Shown piece after piece: positions 10,787 through 18,224 of a stretch of 64,000 nucleotides of DNA (position 1 is its first letter; every line of letters starts with the position of its first letter). The DNA is from Methanocaldococcus sp. 28A (GTDB lineage Archaea; AGJL01; Methanococci; Methanococcales; Methanocaldococcaceae): NCBI GenBank assembly GCA_049852185.1, contig CP187540.1, one strand, 5' to 3'. The notes under the pieces were generated by a model. It was given only the letters and a program-made list of their open reading frames with translations. It did not search any database and was not told the DNA's origin. A program made the position numbers and the translations under genes.

Positions 10787-13700
10787 ATGGTTACTTTGGA
10801 AAAGATAGAATTAAAAAATTTCAAATCATTTAAAAAATTATCATTGGATATTCCAACGGGATTTACAGCTATAGTAGGGCCAAATGGTAGTGGGAAATCT
10901 AACATAGTTGATGCCATCTTATTTGTGCTTGGAAAAACTTCTGCTAAAAAGTTAAGAGCTAATAGGTTTAGTGGATTAATAACATATCATAATGGAAAGA
11001 GAGCAGATTTTGCTGAGGTTTGTTTATATTTCTCAAATGAAAATAATGTTTTCAATATTAACGCTGAGAGAGTAGGAATTTTAAGAAGGATAAAAAGTAG
11101 TGGAGAGACGGATTATTATTTAGTTTGGAAAGAAAATAATAAAGAAAAGAGAAAAAAGATGACTAAGCATGAAATTATTGATTTATTTAGAAGATTGGAA
11201 CTTTTAGGAGATAATGTAATTTCACAAGGGGATTTATTGAAAATTATTAATATCTCACCTATTGAAAGAAGAAAGATTATTGATGAAATTAGTGGGATAG
11301 CAGAGTTTGATGAAAAAAAGAAGAAGGCAGAGGAAGAGTTAAAAAAAGCGAGAGAGTTAATTGAAATGATTGATATAAGAATTAGTGAGGTTGAGAACAA
11401 TTTAAAGAAGCTTAAAAAAGAGAAAGAAGATGCAGAAAAATATATTAAATTAAATGAAGAGCTAAAATCAGCAAAATACGCTTTAATATTAAAGAAGGTT
11501 AATTATCTAAATATGCTCTTAGAAAATCTCCAAAATGACATTAAAAACTTAGAAAACCTTAAAAATGAATTTTTAGGAAAAGTTAAAGAAATAGATGGTG
11601 AAATAGGTAGTTTAAAATTGAGATTAAATAACATTATAAATGAACTCAATGAAAAAGGTAATGAAGAAGTTTTAGAGCTTCATAAATCAATTAAAGAGCT
11701 TGAAATTGAAATTGAAAACGATAAGAAGGTTTTGGAAAGCTCAATAAATGAATTAAATAAAATTGAGATTGAGATTGAAAATAAAAAGAATGAAATTGAA
11801 GAAACTCAGAAGAAGATTATTGAGAATAGAGATAGAATTATTGAAAAGGAAAATAAGATTAAAGAAATAGAGGAAAAAATTAAGGACTTAAATTATGAGA
11901 AAGAGAGATTAAAAGAGGTAATTTCTGAAAGTGAAAATATTATCAAAAATTTAAAAAAATCTGAAATGGAAATTGTAGATGAAATAGCTAAAAATCAAAA
12001 TGAGCTTTACAAATTAAAAAAAGAATTAAATGAGTTAGAAAATCTAATAAACAGAAAGAATTTTGAAATTGAGAAGAATAACGAGATTATTAAAAAATTA
12101 AAAGAGGAGCTTGAATCTTTTGAAGATGTTGATACTAAATCATTGTATTTAGAGCTTGAAAACTTAAATGTTGAAATTGAGTTTTCAAAGAGAAAAATTA
12201 AAGAGCTTGAAGAAAAAAAGAAAAAATTGCAAGTTAAATTAGATGAGTTACATTCTGAATATGTTAAAGAAAACACGAGAATTAAAGCATTAAAAGAGAT
12301 GGAAGAGCTATCTATGGATAGGGCTATCAAAGAAATCTTAAATGCTAACTTACCAGGAGTTATTGATATTGTTGGAAATTTAGGAAAAACAAAGATTGAA
12401 TATAAAACAGCCGTTGAAGTAGCGGCTGGGAATAGGTTGAATCATATCGTGGTTAAGAGAATGGATGATGCTGTTAGAGCTATAAAGTATCTAAAAGAGA
12501 GAAAGCTTGGGAGAGCTACATTTTTGCCACTGGATAGGATTGAAGGTAAAGAGGCAGAATATATAGATGAGGAGGGAGTTATTGGGAGAGCTATTGATTT
12601 GGTGGAATTTGACACAAAATACAAAAAGATTTTTGAGTATGTGTTTGGAAATACTGTAGTTGTTGAAAATATAGATATAGCAAAAGAATTGGCCAAAAAA
12701 TATAGAAAAGTAAGGTTTGTAACCTTGGATGGGGAGGTTATAGAGCCGAGTGGGGCAATGATTGGAGGAACTTTTAAGAGCAGAGCAAAGATAAAGGTCG
12801 ATATTGATTTAAGTAAGCTAAATAGAATAGCAGATGAAATTATAGACATTGAGAGTGAGTTGAGGAATATAAAAGATGAGATTGAGAGATTAAATGAGAT
12901 AATAAAGAAGAGCTCTGCCAAAAAAATGGAGATTGAAAATACCTTGGAAATAATTAAAAAGAATGAGATGAGAAGAAGAGAAATAGCTGAAAAGAACACT
13001 ATGAAAATAAAAGAGTTAGAGCTAAAAAATAAAAAGATTTTAGATGAGTTGGAAGAGCTAAACCTTAAAAAAGAGGAAATTTTAGATAGAATTAATGGGA
13101 TTGAGAATAAAATAAATGAGTTAATTGAAAGAAGGGAGAAGATAATTAATGAGCTGAAGGAATATGAAAGTGACGAAAACTTAAAGAGAATGAATGAAAT
13201 TGAAGATGAATTAAAAATTTTAGAAAAAGAAAAAGCTAAATTAAAAAATGAAATTGACAAAGGATTAACTTTAGTTAAAGAGATATTAATCCCAAAGATT
13301 GAAGAATTAAATAAAAAGGTCTATGAGTTGATAAATAAAAAAGCCATATTAGAAAAGAATATCTCATTCTATAAAGAGAGTATTGAAAAAAATTTATCCA
13401 TATTGGAGGAGAAGAGAAAAAAATATAATGAGTTAACTAAAAACCTAAAAGAACTTACTACAAAAAAAGAAGAACTTGAGAAAGAAATAGAAAGTTTAGA
13501 AAGAGAAAGAAAGGATTTATTAAGAAAAATTAGAGATATTGAAAATAAAATAAATGAACTCATGGTTGAAAAGGCAAAGTATGAGAGTAAGTTGGAGGAA
13601 GAGGAGAGAAAACTCTACCTATGTGAGAAAGTAGATATAAGTGAAGAACTTGAGAAAAAAGATATTGAAGAGCTTGAGATATACATAGGAGAGCTTGAAA

Positions 13701-14296
13701 ATGAAATAAAAAAATTAGAACCAGTTAATATGAGGGCTATTGAAGATTATAATTATGTTGCTGAGAGATATAATGAGCTTATAGAAAAAAGAGAAGAATA
13801 TGAGAGAGATGAGAAAAAATATATCCAATTGATGGAAGAACTTGAAAATAAAAAGAAAGAAGTATTTATGGAAGTTTTTAATAAGATAGCTAAGAACTTT
13901 GAGGAAGTGTATAAAGAGATTGGAGGAATTGGAAAACTAAGCTTAGAAAATGAGAAAAATCCATTTGAGGGAGGTATTTTAATAGATGCTTCTCCAAGAG
14001 GTAAAAAGCTTTTAAGTTTAGATGCTATGAGTGGAGGAGAAAAGAGTTTAACTGCCTTAGCATTTTTATTTGCCATTCAAAGGTTGAATCCTTCACCATT
14101 TTATGTATTGGATGAAGTTGATGCTGCCTTAGATGTAAAAAACGTCTCTTTAATTGCAGAAATGATTAAAAACGCCTCTAAGGACAGCCAATTTATAGTT
14201 ATAAGTCATAGAGAGCAGATGGTTAGTAAGGCAGATGTTGTTTATGGAGTTTATATGGAAAATGGATTGAGTAAGGTTGTAGGTATTAGAATATAA
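10787..14296 (+). CDS. smc: Chromosome segregation protein SMC
   Basis: Walker A GPNGSGKS, coiled coils, hinge GRATFLPLD, signature MSGGEKS, Walker B LDEVDAALD. Confidence 0.98.
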   Translation: MVTLEKIELKNFKSFKKLSLDIPTGFTAIVGPNGSGKSNIVDAILFVLGKTSAKKLRANRFSGLITYHNGKRADFAEVCLYFSNENNVFNINAERVGILRRIKSSGETDYYLVWKENNKEKRKKMTKHEIIDLFRRLELLGDNVISQGDLLKIINISPIERRKIIDEISGIAEFDEKKKKAEEELKKARELIEMIDIRISEVENNLKKLKKEKEDAEKYIKLNEELKSAKYALILKKVNYLNMLLENLQNDIKNLENLKNEFLGKVKEIDGEIGSLKLRLNNIINELNEKGNEEVLELHKSIKELEIEIENDKKVLESSINELNKIEIEIENKKNEIEETQKKIIENRDRIIEKENKIKEIEEKIKDLNYEKERLKEVISESENIIKNLKKSEMEIVDEIAKNQNELYKLKKELNELENLINRKNFEIEKNNEIIKKLKEELESFEDVDTKSLYLELENLNVEIEFSKRKIKELEEKKKKLQVKLDELHSEYVKENTRIKALKEMEELSMDRAIKEILNANLPGVIDIVGNLGKTKIEYKTAVEVAAGNRLNHIVVKRMDDAVRAIKYLKERKLGRATFLPLDRIEGKEAEYIDEEGVIGRAIDLVEFDTKYKKIFEYVFGNTVVVENIDIAKELAKKYRKVRFVTLDGEVIEPSGAMIGGTFKSRAKIKVDIDLSKLNRIADEIIDIESELRNIKDEIERLNEIIKKSSAKKMEIENTLEIIKKNEMRRREIAEKNTMKIKELELKNKKILDELEELNLKKEEILDRINGIENKINELIERREKIINELKEYESDENLKRMNEIEDELKILEKEKAKLKNEIDKGLTLVKEILIPKIEELNKKVYELINKKAILEKNISFYKESIEKNLSILEEKRKKYNELTKNLKELTTKKEELEKEIESLERERKDLLRKIRDIENKINELMVEKAKYESKLEEEERKLYLCEKVDISEELEKKDIEELEIYIGELENEIKKLEPVNMRAIEDYNYVAERYNELIEKREEYERDEKKYIQLMEELENKKKEVFMEVFNKIAKNFEEVYKEIGGIGKLSLENEKNPFEGGILIDASPRGKKLLSLDAMSGGEKSLTALAFLFAIQRLNPSPFYVLDEVDAALDVKNVSLIAEMIKNASKDSQFIVISHREQMVSKADVVYGVYMENGLSKVVGIRI

Positions 14297-14298
14297 TT

Positions 14299-14500
14299 AA
14301 CTATAGGGCTTCGCTTTTATGACGGCTCTCCGCCCTAAAGGGCGGAGTTTCGAGAGAGCGAGCCTAAGCTCGCCCTCTCCGGCCCCGCCAAAGCCACTAT
14401 CCCTATCCCATTTGGGATTCGGGGCTACGCTTTAACCATTTCTATGTCCCCAGCGGTGGAGTTTTCGATAACCCCACCCATTAATAACTTGGACTGGGGA
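14299..14500 (-). ncRNA. Putative TnpB omegaRNA (scaffold ~14500-14319 plus flank-derived guide ~14318-14299)
   Basis: GC-rich with several hairpins (TATGTCCCCAG/CTGGGGACATA; GAGAGGGCGAGC/GCTCGCTCTC). TATA TTTTATATA lies ~25 nt upstream and the 3' end coincides with the IS right end. Confidence 0.55.
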
Positions 14501-14650
14501 CATAAGTTAGTTTATTAATTCGAGTATATAAAAGTTATGTTTGTCCCACCCACCTCCCCTATCTCCTTGCTTCGCAAGGAGAGTAATGAAATCTGAAAAA
14601 TTTCATCTGAATTCATCACCGCCCTAAAGGGCGGTGCTTTCTTAGCGACA
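14319..14650 (-). mobile_element. Non-autonomous IS605/IS1341-type mini-element carrying a putative omegaRNA, with no tnpA or tnpB
   Basis: Subterminal hairpins (CA/CT)CCGCCCTTTAGGGCGG at both ends. TTTAT lies immediately 5' of the left end (14655-14651, minus) and the right end finishes ...GAGAGCCGTCAT. Confidence 0.8.
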
Positions 14651-14967
14651 ATAAATGGTAAAATCTCAGTGTTCATATAAGAACCGCCCATGGGTAAATC
14701 AAGAATTGATTTTAAAACACTTTTTCCTGGAAATTGATATCTTGATAATGCATATCCAATTGGTATTGATGACAAGAAACGTTGAGATTGAAGAGGTTAC
14801 AATTGATAGCTTTAAAGAATAAATCATTTCTTCAGTTTTTAATGAACTAATAACTTCTGAAGGATTAGGAATTAGAAACAATGATGCAATCGCTAAAAAT
14901 AATAAAAAAGCAAATAAAAATGATAATAAGATGCAAAAACCCTGAAAATAATATATTTCATTAACAT
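14651..14967 (-). pseudogene. Molybdate/tungstate ABC permease ModB/WtpB remnant
   Basis: YSLKLSIVTSSIST and IPIGYALSRYQFPGKSVLKSILDLP are in different frames. Has an internal deletion and is cut at the mini-element. Confidence 0.75.
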
Positions 14968-14981
14968 CACCTTAAAACAAT

Positions 14982-15567
14982 TTATTGATTACATGGGATA
15001 AAACCCCATTTTCTCCAAATTTCTTTTGGTTCATCACTTGAAATATAATTATTAAATGCCTCAGCAACCTCTAAGTTATTGTCTTTTTTGGCATAGATTG
15101 TTACAGCTGTTGGAATTGTTTTTATAATGTTTTTATCTTTTGGAATTCTAATAACATCAATTTTTCCTTTACCTTCTGCCCAAGTAACCATATTCTCCCA
15201 TATAATTGACGCATCTGCTTGATTTGTTACTAAATAGATAAGAAGCTGATTAACTGTTGGTGTTTTAACAATAATATTTTTGCTAACAGTATGCTCCCGG
15301 AATGAAAACATCTCCTCCTGTTGTTGTTAAGATTCCAAACAATTCCGCACTACCTCCATAATGAACTTCCACTTTAGCCCCTGTTTTATTTTCAAAGTTC
15401 TGTATGAGTTCATTCATTGGCTTCATTAATCCAGCTCCACATAAAACAGTTATTGTCTTTCCTTCATAAGGTTTGTTTGTTGAAATTAGTTTATTTTCAT
15501 TCAAACAACCACATAAAACTCCAAATATGAGCATTAAAGAAACAAAAAGGTAAATTTTACCATTCAT
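14982..15567 (-). pseudogene. modA: Molybdate ABC substrate-binding lipoprotein ModA, frameshifted and internally deleted
   Basis: Lipobox LCGC and CGAGLMKP..YGGSAEL..GDVFIPG in ORF 15567-15283. C-terminal ADASIIWE..IWRKWGF is in another frame (15311-14982). Confidence 0.8.
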
Positions 15568-15711
15568 ATTTTCACATCCCCTAAGCCTTCTATTAATTAT
15601 ATATGGTTATTATTTATCCCCCATGTTAATTAAAATAGATTAACAAAAGATAATGATTTATACACTATAAAAATAAAATAAAAAGGATAGGTTGTATGAG
15701 GAAGAGATATT

Positions 15712-16518
15712 ATGTTAATATTTGGCACTGCTGGAGTTCCAATATCTGCAGAGGACGAATTTAAAGGAGTAGATGTTTTAAGAAAGTTAAATTTGGGAGC
15801 TATGGAATTAGAATTTGTTAAAGGAGTTTATATGAAAGAGGATTATGCTAAAAAGTTGAAAGAGTATGGAAAAGATATTATTTTTTCTGCTCATGCACCC
15901 CATTTTATAAATCTTAATGCAAATGAAAATGAAAAAATAGAGAATAGTATAAGGAGAATTATCAAAACAGCTAAGGTTTTAAACAATTGTGGTAGAAATT
16001 TAGTTTTTCATCCTGGATATTATTTGAAAAGAAGTAAGGAAGTAACTTACAATAGAATAAAGTCAAATATTCAGAGAATTTTGGATAAATTAGAGATTTT
16101 AAATTTAAATATTATGTTAAGACCTGAAACTACTGGAAAAACTTCACAATTTGGTGATATTGACGAGATATTAAAACTTTGTTTTGAATTGGATATTTTG
16201 CCATGTATTGATTTTCCCCATATTTATGCAAGAAGTAGAGGGGCTATAAATGATTATAACTCTTTTTATAAAGTTCTTGAAAAGATTGAAAATACCTTAG
16301 GAAAAAATGCTATAAAGGATATGCACATTCATTTATCAGGAATAGAGTATGGAAAGGGAGGGGAAAGGAGGCATTTACCTTTAAATGAATCTAATTTTAA
16401 TTATAAAGATGTTTTAAAAGTTTTAAGAGATTTTGAAGCCTCTGGAACTGTAATATGTGAGAGTCCAAGGTTGGAGTATGATGCTGTTTTGTTGATGAAA
16501 TGCTATAATGACTTATAA
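15712..16518 (+). CDS. Endonuclease IV-like (AP endonuclease 2) TIM-barrel protein
   Basis: SAHAPHFINL, FHPGYY, ETTGK, HIHLSG, CESP. Confidence 0.85.
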   Translation: MLIFGTAGVPISAEDEFKGVDVLRKLNLGAMELEFVKGVYMKEDYAKKLKEYGKDIIFSAHAPHFINLNANENEKIENSIRRIIKTAKVLNNCGRNLVFHPGYYLKRSKEVTYNRIKSNIQRILDKLEILNLNIMLRPETTGKTSQFGDIDEILKLCFELDILPCIDFPHIYARSRGAINDYNSFYKVLEKIENTLGKNAIKDMHIHLSGIEYGKGGERRHLPLNESNFNYKDVLKVLRDFEASGTVICESPRLEYDAVLLMKCYNDL

Positions 16519-16594
16519 AATCCTAAATTGATTATTTTATATAAAATGAAACAAAAATTAATTAAATTAATTATTAGTAAAATTGGTGTTTAAG

Positions 16595-17518
16595 ATGATA
16601 GGTGAAATGGACATTATAAAAGAAACTTATGAAAAAATCAAAAATATGGAAATTAGAGGAGCTGGAAGGATAGGGAGGGCTGCAGCTAAGGCATTGAAGG
16701 AATATGCTCTAAAAATTTTTCATTTAAGTGAAGAAGAATTCAAAAATAAAATGAGAGAAGCTGGAGATTTATTGATATCTGCAAGACCTACAGCTGTTTC
16801 TCTACCAAATGCTGTAAAGTATGTATTAAAAGGATTAAATGAAGAAAATCCAAAAGAGAGGATTATAGAAAGGGCTGATGAATTTATAAGCTCTTCATTA
16901 AAGGCAATTGAAAATATAGGAAAGTTTGGGGCTAATAGAATAAGGAATGGAGACACTATATTAACTCACTGTAATTCTGAAGCTGCTATAAGTGTTATAA
17001 AAACTGCTTATGATAAAGGAAAAGATATTAAAGTTTTTTGCACAGAAACAAGACCAAGAAACCAAGGTTACATAACAGCAAAAACTCTCTATGACTACGG
17101 AATTGATGTAACTTTAATAGTTGATTCTGCAGTAAGATACTTTATAAAAGATGTTGATATTGTCATTGTGGGAGCTGATGCCATAACAGCAAATGGATGT
17201 CTTGTAAATAAAATAGGAACTTCTCAAATTGCTTTAATAGCTAATGAGAGTAGAGTTCCTTTTTTAACAGCCGCTGAAACTTATAAATTCCATCCAAAAA
17301 CTATAGTTGGAGAACTAATTGAAATAGAAGAAAGAGACCCAGAAGAAGTTACAACATTTGAAGATAAATATAAAGGTATAAAGATAAGAAATCCAGCATT
17401 TGATGTAACTCCTGCTAAGTATATAGATGCCATAATAACAGAGATTGGATTAATTTCTCCACAAGTAGCGTGGTATATTATAGAAAAGTTCTTTGGTTGG
17501 GGCCGTTTCCTTAAATAG
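16595..17518 (+). CDS. Ribose-1,5-bisphosphate isomerase (eIF-2B alpha/beta/delta family)
   Basis: EIRGAGRI, ARPTAVSL, THCNS, ETRP, VGADAI, NKIGT, NPAFDVTP. Confidence 0.9.
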   Translation: MIGEMDIIKETYEKIKNMEIRGAGRIGRAAAKALKEYALKIFHLSEEEFKNKMREAGDLLISARPTAVSLPNAVKYVLKGLNEENPKERIIERADEFISSSLKAIENIGKFGANRIRNGDTILTHCNSEAAISVIKTAYDKGKDIKVFCTETRPRNQGYITAKTLYDYGIDVTLIVDSAVRYFIKDVDIVIVGADAITANGCLVNKIGTSQIALIANESRVPFLTAAETYKFHPKTIVGELIEIEERDPEEVTTFEDKYKGIKIRNPAFDVTPAKYIDAIITEIGLISPQVAWYIIEKFFGWGRFLK

Positions 17519-17759
17519 AACATACAAAACAAATCTATACTTTTGTTTTTATAAAATACCATCCAAAATTTTAAATAATAATTTTAACGATATATTATAA
17601 CGTGGCAGTCCCGATATGTAGGGGAAACTAAGCCCAATGGGACTGCTATTAAGTCGAAGATGTGGGGAGTTCTTGTTCCCCCGATTGCCAGCCGATGAAG
17701 TTGGGAGGCTGGACTACGATTCGTTCGATATGTTCCATTTGTAGCGGAGAACCAGAACG
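17503..17759 (+). mobile_element. Non-autonomous IS607-like mini-element 1 (left end CCGTTT, AT-rich promoter region, omegaRNA-like region, right end CCAGAACG)
   Basis: Starts CCGTTT like the ends at 18043 and 62093. Contains tnpB 3'-end remnants (..PICRG.. and KMWGVLVPP). Confidence 0.55.
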
Positions 17760-17780
17760 GGTCTGTCCAATATGGACAAA
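17602..17780 (+). ncRNA. GC-rich structured RNA, putative TnpB omegaRNA (HgcC/sotRNA-like)
   Basis: Stem 17602-17612/17639-17649 has G-U pairs valid only on the + strand. Also stem GGGGAG/TTCCCC, K-loop CCAGCC-GATGA..GA-GGCTGG, and TATA-like TTTTAAATA ~25-30 nt upstream. Confidence 0.65.
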
Positions 17781-17980
17781 CATCCATATTGGACTTGGGC
17801 GTCATCAACCCTCTGGGTTCATTGGCTTAGGTCTCTGCCCCTGTCATGGACATAAAAACCTTACGGTTTTTAAGTTCTCGTCGCTTCGCTTTGAGAGACT
17901 ACCTACCCCTCTCATTGGTTAAATTGATAATAACTGCCCTTCTTGACCCCTCATTTTCTCCCACATCTGGGGCAGTTATA
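17740..17980 (-). ncRNA. GC-rich structured RNA, second putative omegaRNA, convergent with the first
   Basis: Closing stem ATAACTGCCC/GGGCAGTTAT; 12-bp hairpin GTCCAATATGGA/TCCATATTGGAC; K-turn-like AATGA-ACCC..GGGT-TGA; TATA-like TTTATAGA just upstream. Confidence 0.55.
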
Positions 17981-18043
17981 TTTTAGTAATGAAAATCTAT
18001 AAATGTCTATATTTGCCTATGAAAAATTAAACAGTTTAAACGG
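17758..18043 (-). mobile_element. Non-autonomous IS607-like mini-element 2 (left end CCGTTT with ~10-bp direct repeats, omegaRNA-like region, right end CAGACCCG)
   Basis: Minus strand CCGTTTAAACTG..ATAGGCAAAT-ATAGACATTT-ATAGATTTTC; CPRCG zinc-finger remnant; left end repeated at 62036-62093. Confidence 0.55.
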
Positions 18044-18224
18044 CAGAATATACAACAGTTACATAGGAATTCCTAAAAATGATAAAACATAAGAAACAGA
18101 TATGATATAAAACACCGTAATAAATTGTGTAGTTATTAAGTTCTCTTCATCTTTAATGTTAATAACAACCTCATTAGTATCTCTATATTTCTCTACCTCA
18201 ATATATTATTTTTTGGTGTAAACA

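Noticed and set aside
9371-14076. Long antisense ORFs opposite mtd and smc, and similar ones opposite purM, argJ, the atp genes and the MoxR block
   Set aside because: S/F/I-rich shadows of strongly biased coding strands.
17584-17922. ORF-track entries 17584-17808 (-) and 17662-17922 (+) as proteins
   Set aside because: Atypical composition and no RBS; they are by-products of the GC-rich structured region.
17602-17980. RNase P RNA or SRP (7S) RNA
   Set aside because: No RNase P P4 consensus and no SRP helix-8 GGAAG..AGCA motif; tnpB-tail features explain the region better.
17931-17980. Selenoprotein with in-frame TGA (CPRCGRK*GVKK)
   Set aside because: No start codon, RBS or extended frame; better read as a tnpB zinc-finger remnant inside a hairpin.
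18060-18200. Short open frame on the minus strand (EVEKYRDTNEVVINIKDEENL..)
   Set aside because: No clear start and no recognisable family; possibly a relic, not supportable as a gene.
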